NCBI GenBank assembly: GCA_965229885.1
Contig: CBDDJX010000003.1
Location: 1,875,060-1,939,059, forward strand
Direction: 5' to 3'
Length of the DNA: 64,000 nucleotides
Source of the DNA: Vicinamibacterales bacterium
Lineage (GTDB): Bacteria > Acidobacteriota > Vicinamibacteria > Vicinamibacterales > CAVVIG01
A model generated the notes under the pieces. The model searched no databases. It worked only from the letters and a program-made list of their open reading frames with translations, and was not told the origin of the DNA. Both the position numbers and the translations under genes were made by a program. Within the stretch, counting starts at the first letter, position 1. Each line of letters opens with the position of its first letter. Shown here piece after piece: positions 7,521 to 15,486 of this stretch.

Positions 7521-9182
7521 ATGGCCACGAAATCGACACACTTCCAGGGCGCCGCCGATCTTCACGCGGAGTCCGAGGCCGGGCTCGTCAGCGAAGCCGA
7601 TCGCGGCGCCGAGCTTGAGCACGCACGCCGGCTCGCGGAGCGGTATCGCCTCGAGTTCGTGGACATGGAGACGTTTCATATCGACCAAGAACTGTTCCGG
7701 TCGATTCCGGCCGACCTGATGCTGCGATACGGCTTCGTCCCGTACCGCCGTGTCGGCAAGACGCTTGAGATCGTCGTGCCCGATCCCACCGATCTGCCGA
7801 TGATCGACGAGCTGGCGGTCGTGCTGTCCACGCCCATCAAAGTTACGGTGGGTCCACGCTCCGCCATCGAGTCGATCCTGAAGAAGGGCGAGAGCTCCCA
7901 GCGCGTCCTCGAAGAAGCGACTGAGACATTTCATCTTCAGCTCCTCAAGGACGATGACTCTGGGGACGAGAACCTGACGGTCGAGCGGCTGACGAGCGAC
8001 ATCAATCCGGTCATCAAGCTCGTCGACTCGACGATCTACGCTGCTATCCAGCGTCGCGCGAGCGACATCCACATCGAAACGCAGGACGACGCCGTGCACG
8101 TGAAATACCGGATCGATGGCGTCCTGCAGCCGGCGATGCGGCCCATCGCGAAGCAGTTTCACAGCCCCATCATTTCCCGCATCAAGGTCATGGCCGAGCT
8201 CGACATCGCGGAGAAGCGCGTCCCGCAGGACGGACGCTTCCGGTTGAAGATGCCCGGCAAGACGATCGACTTCCGCGTGTCCATCATGCCGAGCGTGCAT
8301 GGCGAGGACGCGGTCATCCGCATCCTCGACAAGGAATCGATCAGCGAGCAGTTCACCGAGCTGCGCCTCGACAGCCTCGGCTTCCCGGAGGCGGAGCTGA
8401 AACGGTTCCGCAAGTACATCGCCGAGCCGTACGGCATGGTGCTCGTCACCGGACCGACCGGCAGCGGCAAGACGACGACGCTCTACGCGGCGCTGTCGGA
8501 AATCCGCTCGGCCGAGGACAAGATCATCACGATCGAAGATCCCGTGGAATATCAGCTCAAGGGGATCACGCAGATCCCGATCAACGAGAAGAAGGGGCTC
8601 ACCTTCGCGCGCGGCCTGCGGTCGATCCTGCGGCACGACCCGGACAAGATCATGGTCGGCGAAATTCGCGACGCGGAGACGGCGCAGATCGCCATCAACT
8701 CGGCGCTCACCGGCCACCTGGTGTTCACTACGGTCCACGCCAATAACGTGCTCGACGTGCTCGGGCGCTTTCTGAACATGGGCGTCGAAGCGTATCAATT
8801 CGTGTCGGCGCTCAACTGCGTGCTGGCGCAGCGGCTCGTGCGCAACATCTGCCAGCACTGTAAACGCCCAGTAAAGGTCTCGCGCGCGCTCCTCGAGGAA
8901 TCCGGCTTCGATCCCTCGCTCGAGAAGACACAGACATTTCATGAGGGAATCGGCTGTATCGAGTGCGGCGGTACCGGCTATATGGGGCGGACGGCCATCT
9001 GCGAGCTGCTTGATCTGAGCGATGCCATCCGCGAGATGATTCTGGAGAAGCGGCCGACGGCGGAAATCAAGAAGGCCGCGCGCGAGGAAGGCATGCGTTT
9101 CCTCCGCGAGTCGGCCGTCGAGCGCGTCATGCTCGGCATCACCACGCTGCGCGAAGTCAACAAGGTCACGTTCGTCGAATGA
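7521..9182 (+). CDS. Type II secretion / type IV pilus assembly ATPase (GspE/PilB family)
   Basis: 553-aa ORF with an N-terminal GSPII_E_N-like region, Walker A GPTGSGKTTT, DPDKIMVGEIRD, the His box TGHLVFTTVHAN and a tetracysteine CQHC...CIECGG motif. Confidence 0.95.
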   Translation: MATKSTHFQGAADLHAESEAGLVSEADRGAELEHARRLAERYRLEFVDMETFHIDQELFRSIPADLMLRYGFVPYRRVGKTLEIVVPDPTDLPMIDELAVVLSTPIKVTVGPRSAIESILKKGESSQRVLEEATETFHLQLLKDDDSGDENLTVERLTSDINPVIKLVDSTIYAAIQRRASDIHIETQDDAVHVKYRIDGVLQPAMRPIAKQFHSPIISRIKVMAELDIAEKRVPQDGRFRLKMPGKTIDFRVSIMPSVHGEDAVIRILDKESISEQFTELRLDSLGFPEAELKRFRKYIAEPYGMVLVTGPTGSGKTTTLYAALSEIRSAEDKIITIEDPVEYQLKGITQIPINEKKGLTFARGLRSILRHDPDKIMVGEIRDAETAQIAINSALTGHLVFTTVHANNVLDVLGRFLNMGVEAYQFVSALNCVLAQRLVRNICQHCKRPVKVSRALLEESGFDPSLEKTQTFHEGIGCIECGGTGYMGRTAICELLDLSDAIREMILEKRPTAEIKKAAREEGMRFLRESAVERVMLGITTLREVNKVTFVE

Positions 9183-10162
9183 CACTCTTCTCCTCCCTCC
9201 GTGACACGTCCGGTCCCACCGCCGCCGTGGAGATGGCCGCCACGCACGTGTCGGGCGCCAGGCTGGAATGGCGTGGCGGGCAGCCGACCCTCTCGGCCCA
9301 CGCCCTCGAGCCGCTGCCGGACGGCGCGCTCGTGTCGTCGCTGACCGCCACGAACATCATCGATCGCCCGGCGGTGTCTGGCGCGCTCGGCCGTGCGCTG
9401 GAGCGCATCGGGCGGCCCCGTCGCATCGCCCTGGTCGTCCCGGATCCGGTGGCAAAGGTCTCGCTAGTCAAGTTCGAGCGGGTGGCGGCGCGCACGGAGG
9501 ATCTCGACGAGCTCGTGCGCTGGCAAGTCCGCAAGGCGGCGCCGTTCCCGATCGACGAGGCCCAGATCAGCTACGTCGCCGGACAGCAGTCGCCGGACGG
9601 GCAGGAGTTCGTCGTCTCACTGGCGCGGCGCGACGTGATCGTGGAATACGAGCGGCTCGCCGCCGCCGAAGGCGTCCACGCCGGCGTCGTCGACCTCGCC
9701 TCCTTCAACGTGATTAACGCGGTGCTCGCGGCGCAACACCCCTCGCAGCACCCTGCCGGCGACTGGCTGCTCGTGAACGTCGCGCCGGGTTACGTGACGC
9801 TGGCGATTCTGCGGGGACCGCACGTGATCTTCTTTCGTAATCGCGCGGCCGACACCGACGGCACGCTGGCCGATCTCGTGCACCAGACCGCGATGTATTA
9901 CGAGGATCGGCTGGGCGGCGGCGGCTTCGAGCGCGTCTTTCTTGCCGGCGCCGTCGGCGCCGGCGTCCGTCATGCGGACGACGTCGAGTTGGTGCGTCGC
10001 AGCCTTCAGCACCGTCTCACCGCGACCGTCGACACGGTCGACCCGCGCGCCGCCGTGACGCTCACTGATCGCATCTCGGCGGGCCCGGCGTTTCTGGAGA
10101 CCCTCGCCCCGCTCGTCGGCGTCCTGCTGCGCGGGCGCGAGCCTGGAAAGAGCGCCGCGTGA
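9179..10162 (+). CDS. pilM: PilM-like actin-fold pilus/secretion assembly protein
   Basis: 327-aa ORF. It overlaps the stop of the upstream ATPase gene by 4 nt and carries PilM-like motifs (VRWQVRKAAPFPIDEAQISY, VVDLASFNVINAV). Confidence 0.8.
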   Translation: MTLFSSLRDTSGPTAAVEMAATHVSGARLEWRGGQPTLSAHALEPLPDGALVSSLTATNIIDRPAVSGALGRALERIGRPRRIALVVPDPVAKVSLVKFERVAARTEDLDELVRWQVRKAAPFPIDEAQISYVAGQQSPDGQEFVVSLARRDVIVEYERLAAAEGVHAGVVDLASFNVINAVLAAQHPSQHPAGDWLLVNVAPGYVTLAILRGPHVIFFRNRAADTDGTLADLVHQTAMYYEDRLGGGGFERVFLAGAVGAGVRHADDVELVRRSLQHRLTATVDTVDPRAAVTLTDRISAGPAFLETLAPLVGVLLRGREPGKSAA

Positions 10163-10746
10163 TCCGCTCCAACTTGTCGACGCGGCCCTTCTACAACGAG
10201 CTCGCCGTGCAGCTCTGGCTGCTGCTGCTCGCCCTGATCGTGGTGGCCGCGACCCTGTTCAACGTGGCCCTCGTGATCCGCTATTCGCAGACCGACACCG
10301 AACTCGCGACCGAGGCGAAACGCGACGAGGCGCGCGCCGGAGATCTTCGCGCCGAGGCCGCGCGTCTGCGCGGAAGCGTGGACCTGCAGCAGATTGAGCT
10401 CGCGTCGACCGAAGCGCGCCAGGCCAATGCGTTGATCGACCGCCGCACCTTCTCGTGGACCGATCTGCTCAATCAGTTCGAGACAACCTTTCCCGACAAC
10501 GTTCGCATCGTGGCCGTCCGTCCAACGCTCGACGAGAAGGGCGGCCTCGTCCTGACGATCAACATCGTCGCCGGGTCCGTCGACGATGTCGACGAGCTAA
10601 TCGGCAACCTCGAGGGCGCCGGATCCTTCAGCAGACTCCTCTCCATTGACGAGCGTTTCAATGCGGATGGCATGCTCGAGGCGACCCTCCAGGGCCATTA
10701 CGTGCCGCGGCAGGCGACACCCGCTCCTGAGGCGAAAAGGCCATGA
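10159..10746 (+). CDS. pilN: PilN-like bitopic assembly protein
   Basis: 195-aa ORF. The N-terminal IRSNLSTRPFYNE motif (the PilM-binding peptide type) is followed by one TM segment and a coiled coil. It overlaps pilM by 4 nt. Confidence 0.75.
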   Translation: MIRSNLSTRPFYNELAVQLWLLLLALIVVAATLFNVALVIRYSQTDTELATEAKRDEARAGDLRAEAARLRGSVDLQQIELASTEARQANALIDRRTFSWTDLLNQFETTFPDNVRIVAVRPTLDEKGGLVLTINIVAGSVDDVDELIGNLEGAGSFSRLLSIDERFNADGMLEATLQGHYVPRQATPAPEAKRP

Positions 10747-11315
10747 CGCTTCTGCAGCGGATTCTTCACGAGAAGCGGTCGATCATCGCACCGCTGCTCG
10801 TCGCGCTGCTGGCGAACATCGCCGTCTATGCGCTGGTCGTTCGCCCGTTCGGCGTGCGATCGGCCTCGGCCGCGGATCGCGCCCTGGTGGCGAGCCAGAA
10901 CCTCAAGGCGGCTGAGGCCAATCGAGCCGCGGCGCGCGCGCTGGTCGCAGGCAAGACGCTGGCGGAGCAGGAACTGGCGACGTTCTATAACAAAGTGCTC
11001 CCGGCCGATTTATCCGCGGCGCGACGGATGACGTACGCCGCGCTTCCCGCGCTGGCGCGCAAGGCGAACGTCAGGTATGAGGCCAGCCGCACCACGATCG
11101 AAGCGGTAAGGGATCAGAGGCTCGGCCGGCTGCGCATCAGCATGGTGCTCGAGGGCGACTACGACAGCGTCAGGCAGTTCATCTACGACCTCGAGACGAC
11201 GCCGGGGTTCGTGATTATCGACGACGTGACGCTGGTGCAAAACGACCCCGACAAGCCGCTTGCGCTGTCGCTTGAACTGTCGGCCTACTTCCGGACGGGC
11301 CTTAATGGCGACTGA
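10743..11315 (+). CDS. pilO: PilO-like bitopic assembly protein
   Basis: 190-aa ORF with an N-terminal TM segment, a coiled coil and a C-terminal ferredoxin-like region. It sits in the expected position after pilN and overlaps it by 4 nt. Confidence 0.6.
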   Translation: MTLLQRILHEKRSIIAPLLVALLANIAVYALVVRPFGVRSASAADRALVASQNLKAAEANRAAARALVAGKTLAEQELATFYNKVLPADLSAARRMTYAALPALARKANVRYEASRTTIEAVRDQRLGRLRISMVLEGDYDSVRQFIYDLETTPGFVIIDDVTLVQNDPDKPLALSLELSAYFRTGLNGD

Positions 11316-11847
11316 GCGCCAGCGCGAGATCGCCCTGGGTCTGGTCCTTGTGGTGCTGGCGTTTGTGCTGTACCGTGCAGTCACGTCCCTGGAGACTACG
11401 ACGTCGCCAACGTCCGGCGGCTCCGCGTCATTGTCGAACGAAAGAGCGGGGGCTGCGCGATCAGCCCGGGTCACGGAACCTCCGGAGACCGCGCCGGACG
11501 TTCATCTTCGGGTGCTCGCCAACGCGCGGCCGACCCCGATCTCAGGCGAGAGAGATCTGTTCAGGTTCAGGCCGGCGCCGCCATCGCTCGTGCGCAACAC
11601 TCCGGGCGTGCCGGCCGGTCCATCAGCGTTGTCCCCGATACCACTCAAGTTCATTGGGATCGTCGAGGCACCGACGCAATCGAGGCGGATTACGGCACTT
11701 GTCGATTCGACCGGACATTCATTTCACGGCCGCGAAGGCGACGTGGTGGTGGGGCAGTATCGCATCTTGAAGATCGGCGTGGAATCGATTGAGATCACGT
11801 ATCTGGACGGCCGCGGGCGGCGGACCATTCGGCTTAGTGGATCCTAG
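11305..11847 (+). CDS. PilP-like periplasmic assembly protein
   Basis: ATG at 11305 lies within track ORF 11260..11847. It has one TM segment, a Pro-rich linker and a C-terminal beta module (LKFIGIVEAPTQSRRITALVDSTGHSFHGREGDVVVGQYRILKIGVESIEITY), as in PilP/GspC HR domains. Confidence 0.5.
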   Translation: MATERQREIALGLVLVVLAFVLYRAVTSLETTTSPTSGGSASLSNERAGAARSARVTEPPETAPDVHLRVLANARPTPISGERDLFRFRPAPPSLVRNTPGVPAGPSALSPIPLKFIGIVEAPTQSRRITALVDSTGHSFHGREGDVVVGQYRILKIGVESIEITYLDGRGRRTIRLSGS

Positions 11848-11910
11848 AATTACTGATTTCAGATTAGTGATGGTTGACTTGATGCAGATTGGGGCGTTGC
11901 GACCAGACGG

Positions 11911-12798
11911 TTGAGGGCAATCGGGATTCTTCTCGCAATGGCGATCGTCGTCAGCGGATGCGCCGCCAGCCAGGCGTACAAACACGGCCAGGACGCGGTG
12001 AAGTCCGGCAATCTCGACGAAGCCGTCGCGGCGTATCGCCGGGTCATGCAGGCCGATCCGATGAATGCGGACTACGCGATCGCGCTGCGGCGCACGATGG
12101 TCGCCGCCTCGCGCGCCCATCTCGATCGCTCGAAGGAGTTCGAAGATCGCGACCAGCTCGAGGCGGCGCTCGGCGAGTACCGCCTGGCGTCGGAATACGA
12201 TCCGAGCAACCGGACGGTGATCGGCAAAGTGTCCACCCTCGAGCAGACGATTCGCACTCGCATCGAGGCGGCCCGACCGCGCCCGGCCATCGAAGAGCTG
12301 CGCGCGCGGGTGCGCGCCGCCTCGCCCGAGCCGGTCCTCAATCCAGCGTCGCGCGAGCCGCTGAAACTTTCATTCCCCAACGCGCAGGTCAGGGACGTGA
12401 TCGGCTTCATTGCCAACGCAACAGGCATCAACCTCACGTACGACCGCGACGTCGCCGACGGCCGGCCGATCTCCGTCCAGCTCGACGGCGTCACGCTCGA
12501 GCAGGCGCTCAATCAGATTCTGACGGTGGCGGCGTTGTCGTGCAAGATCGTCAACGCGCAATCAATCTTCGTCTTTCCGAATACGCAGCAGAAACACACG
12601 CTCTACGACGAGCAGGTCGTCCGGACCTTCCACATTTCGAACGCCGATCCCACGGAGCTGTCGCAGACGCTCAGTCAGCTGATTCGGATTCCGGGCATCG
12701 CCGTGCAGCCGATGATCGCCGTCAATAAGACCAGCAACACCATCACGGTCCGGGCGACAAGTCCGGCGATGCAGATTCTCGATCGGGTCATCCAGTAG
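11911..12798 (+). CDS. Secretin, N-terminal part: lipoprotein signal, TPR-like region and N0/N1-type domains; ends at an in-frame TAG
   Basis: The lipobox VVSGC is followed by TPR-like repeats, then secretin N-domain motifs (LSFPNAQVRDVIGFIANATGINLTYD, VRTFHISNADPTELSQTL, ITVRATSPAMQILDRVIQ). The stop at 12796-12798 is in the same frame as ORF 12877..14364. Confidence 0.8.
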   Translation: MRAIGILLAMAIVVSGCAASQAYKHGQDAVKSGNLDEAVAAYRRVMQADPMNADYAIALRRTMVAASRAHLDRSKEFEDRDQLEAALGEYRLASEYDPSNRTVIGKVSTLEQTIRTRIEAARPRPAIEELRARVRAASPEPVLNPASREPLKLSFPNAQVRDVIGFIANATGINLTYDRDVADGRPISVQLDGVTLEQALNQILTVAALSCKIVNAQSIFVFPNTQQKHTLYDEQVVRTFHISNADPTELSQTLSQLIRIPGIAVQPMIAVNKTSNTITVRATSPAMQILDRVIQ

Positions 12799-12876
12799 AA
12801 TGATAAACCGCGCGCCGAGATCATCGTCGACGTCGAGATCCTCAAGGTCGATCGTAACCGATCAAAGAGCTACAGC

Positions 12877-14364
12877 TTGAACCTGTCGGAGTACGCGGTC
12901 GGCGCCATCTTTTCGCCCGTGGTGGCGCCGGGCACGACGGCCACGCCGCCAGGAACTGAGACCGGAACGGCGACGACCGGGACGGCGCCGAGCGGGGTCA
13001 CGTCGCCGCCGGCTTTCAATCTGAACACGATCTCACGAGGCGTGAGCACGGCGGATTACTATCTCGCCGTGCCGACCGCGGTCGTACGATTTCTCGAGAC
13101 CGACGCGCACACCAAGGTGATCGCGAAGCCGCAGTTGCGAGGCGCGGAGGGGAGCAAGTTGACGCTGAGGCTCGGCCAGCAGATTCCGGTCGTGTCGACC
13201 AGCTACACGCCGATTCCGACCGGCGGCGCCGGTGTCAACCCGCTCAGCTCGTATACGTATAAGGACGTCGGCGTCAACATCGAGATGACGCCGCGCGTGT
13301 CGCTCGACGGCGACATCATCCTCGACCTCATCCTGGACAACAGCGCGGTCGGCCCGGATAAGAGCGTCGCGGGCGTCACCGTGCCCACCTTCGTGCAGCG
13401 CACGCTCACGACGCGCCTGCGCCTGCGCGACGGCGAGTCCACTTTGCTCGCGGGACTGATACAGGAGAACGAATCGAACACCGTCCGGGGATTTCCCGGC
13501 GCGATCCATGTGCCGTTCCTCAAACAGGTCTTCTCGGGCAACGAGATCACGAGCGACCAGACCGAGATCATTATGCTGCTCACGCCCCACATCGTGCGCA
13601 CGCAGGAACTGACGGAATCAGACCTGAGCCCGATTTACATCGGGTCGCAGCAGAACCTCGGCGTCGGCGGCCCGCCGCCGCTCATCGCCGCGCCAGAGGA
13701 GGCGGAGCCTGTGCCCACGCCGGCGCCCGCCACGGGAGCGGCCGCGCCCGTGGCGGCGGGCACCTTCACTGGGCCAGGCGGCGTGCAGGTCGCGGCACCG
13801 CCCGGATCCACTCCGGTCCCGGGCACGGTTGTCGTCACCCCGGCGAGACCCACTCCAGCGGTAGCGCCGGCAGCGGCTCCAGTGGCGCCGCCCGTGGCAG
13901 CGTCGCCAGCGCCCCCAGGGCCCACGGCTCAAGTGCCGATCACGTCGCCAGGACTCGGCCAGGCACAGATCATCATCTCTCCGCCCCCCACGCTCCGTGT
14001 GGGCGGCGGTCCGTACACGGTTCCGATCTCAGTGACGAATGCGCTGGGCTTGTCGACGGTGTCGCTGACGGTCTTGTACGACCCCATGAAGCTTCGCGTC
14101 CGGTCCGTGCAGCAGGGCAGCTTCTTGCGAACCGGCGGCATTGACGTCGTCTTCACCCAGCAGGTGAACGCGGGACGGATCGACATGACGTTGACGCGCG
14201 CAGGGGACTTGACCGGCGCGTCGGGTACGGGACTCCTCGCGGCTGTCCTCTTTGACGCGGTTGCGGCGGGCACGACGACGCTCACAACGAGCGGCGCGGC
14301 GACCGGTCCTGGCGGGGCGGCCATGGGCCTGCAGTTCCAGCCGGTCACCGTCATCGTCCAATGA
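12877..14364 (+). CDS. Secretin, C-terminal part: secretin pore domain, Pro/Ala-rich linker and cohesin-like domain
   Basis: Same frame as 11911..12798. Homology already resumes at 12799 (NDKPRAEIIVDVEILKVDRNRSKSY). Secretin core motifs are present: AKPQLRGAEGSKLTLRLGQQIPV, GVNIEMTPRVSLDGDIILD, RGFPGAIHVPFLKQVFSG and IIMLLTPHIV. The C-terminal roughly 135 aa are cohesin-like. Confidence 0.85.
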   Translation: MNLSEYAVGAIFSPVVAPGTTATPPGTETGTATTGTAPSGVTSPPAFNLNTISRGVSTADYYLAVPTAVVRFLETDAHTKVIAKPQLRGAEGSKLTLRLGQQIPVVSTSYTPIPTGGAGVNPLSSYTYKDVGVNIEMTPRVSLDGDIILDLILDNSAVGPDKSVAGVTVPTFVQRTLTTRLRLRDGESTLLAGLIQENESNTVRGFPGAIHVPFLKQVFSGNEITSDQTEIIMLLTPHIVRTQELTESDLSPIYIGSQQNLGVGGPPPLIAAPEEAEPVPTPAPATGAAAPVAAGTFTGPGGVQVAAPPGSTPVPGTVVVTPARPTPAVAPAAAPVAPPVAASPAPPGPTAQVPITSPGLGQAQIIISPPPTLRVGGGPYTVPISVTNALGLSTVSLTVLYDPMKLRVRSVQQGSFLRTGGIDVVFTQQVNAGRIDMTLTRAGDLTGASGTGLLAAVLFDAVAAGTTTLTTSGAATGPGGAAMGLQFQPVTVIVQ

Positions 14365-14843
14365 CGCCGGCAGCACCAGGCACCCAGGCTGGCTACACCT
14401 TCATCGAGCTGCTGGTCGTCTCGACGATCCTCCTGATCCTCGCGTCGGCGATCATGCCGCTCGCGCGGGTCACGGCGACGCGCCAGCGCGAGACGGAGCT
14501 GCGCCGCAACCTACGCGACATCCGCACGGCGATCGATCACTTCAAGGACGCGGCTGATGCCGGGCAGATCGGAGCGACGGACCTGAAACCGGATGGCGAG
14601 GGGTATCCGCCCGATCTCGAGGCGCTGGTTGAAGGCGTGGCGGCCACAAACGATCAGTCCGGCCGCAAGCTCAGGTTCCTGCGGCGTGTCCCGGTGGATC
14701 CGATGACCCGCGATAACGAGTGGGGGATGCTGTCGTACCAGGACGAGCCGGACTCCACGCGCTGGGGCGGCCAGAACGTGTTCGATGTGTACACGAAGTT
14801 CGAGGGCACGGCGCTCGATGGTACGAAATACAAAGACTGGTAG
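14361..14843 (+). CDS. GspG-type major pseudopilin (prepilin-type N-terminal cleavage/methylation domain)
   Basis: 160-aa ORF with leader MTPAAPGTQAG followed by YTFIELLVV (Glu5 present) and the T2SS-G type core RRVPVDPMTRDNEWG. It overlaps the secretin stop by 4 nt. Confidence 0.85.
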   Translation: MTPAAPGTQAGYTFIELLVVSTILLILASAIMPLARVTATRQRETELRRNLRDIRTAIDHFKDAADAGQIGATDLKPDGEGYPPDLEALVEGVAATNDQSGRKLRFLRRVPVDPMTRDNEWGMLSYQDEPDSTRWGGQNVFDVYTKFEGTALDGTKYKDW

Positions 14844-14864
14844 ATCGGGTAATCGGGTGATTGA

Positions 14865-15362
14865 TTGATGAATTGCGTGGATAGGCGGATTGCGTTGAAG
14901 CAGCGATCGAACCGGTCTCGTACCCTTCGTGTCTTCAACTACCCGCTTACCCGCTTACCCGATTGCCCAATTCACGAGTCCGCGTCCGGGTTCACCATCA
15001 TTGAACTACTGGTCGTCTTGGCGTTGATCTCGATTCTGGCAACGATGGGGATGGCGCAGTACCGGCAGGGCATCGTGCACGCACGCGAAGCGGTGCTGAA
15101 GACGGATTTATTCGATTTGCGGGACGCGATCGACCAGTACTACGCCGACAAGGGGCAGTATCCCGGAACGCTCGACTCGCTCGTCTCTGACGGATATCTC
15201 CGGAAGATTCCCGTCGATCCCTTCACGAACGGCGCCGACACGTGGCAAACCATCCCTCCGGAGCCTGACCCGAATAATCCCACCGCCGCGGCCGGCGTCT
15301 ACGACGTCAAGAGCGGATCCGACCAGGCCGCCCTCGACGGCAGCATATACTCGGAGTGGTAG
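14865..15362 (+). CDS. GspG-type pseudopilin, second copy, with an unusually long predicted leader
   Basis: Contains ...ESASG followed by FTIIELLVVLALISILA, and the T2SS-G core IDQYYADKGQYPGTLDSLVSDGYLRKIPVDPFTNGADTW. The only in-frame starts (TTG 14865, ATG 14868) give a leader of about 42 aa, so the start is uncertain. Confidence 0.8.
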   Translation: MMNCVDRRIALKQRSNRSRTLRVFNYPLTRLPDCPIHESASGFTIIELLVVLALISILATMGMAQYRQGIVHAREAVLKTDLFDLRDAIDQYYADKGQYPGTLDSLVSDGYLRKIPVDPFTNGADTWQTIPPEPDPNNPTAAAGVYDVKSGSDQAALDGSIYSEW

Positions 15363-15486
15363 CCGCCCACTGAAGGAAGGCAATGACCGCGGCCACGTGC
15401 GCGAATCGAATCAATCGACAATCGCACGAGAACGCCTGAGAATCACACATCGCGGATCAATTACGCCGATTGGTAGTCGGCTTCCG

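Noticed and set aside
7503-7523. The platform gene (ends at TAG 7503) and the ATPase gene (starts 7521) are in the same frame with no other stop between them, suggesting a possible readthrough fusion
   Set aside because: Only five codons separate them, so frame identity is expected by chance about one time in three. The platform protein ends at a normal family C-terminus, and the ATPase has its own ATG and a normal N-terminal domain.
6276-9185. 969-aa minus-strand ORF, the longest ORF in this region of the track
   Set aside because: It is exactly antisense to the well-supported GspF and GspE genes. The translation is Arg/Asp/His/Leu-rich low-complexity sequence with no family motifs. This is the typical shadow ORF of high-GC DNA, where stop codons are rare on the antisense strand.
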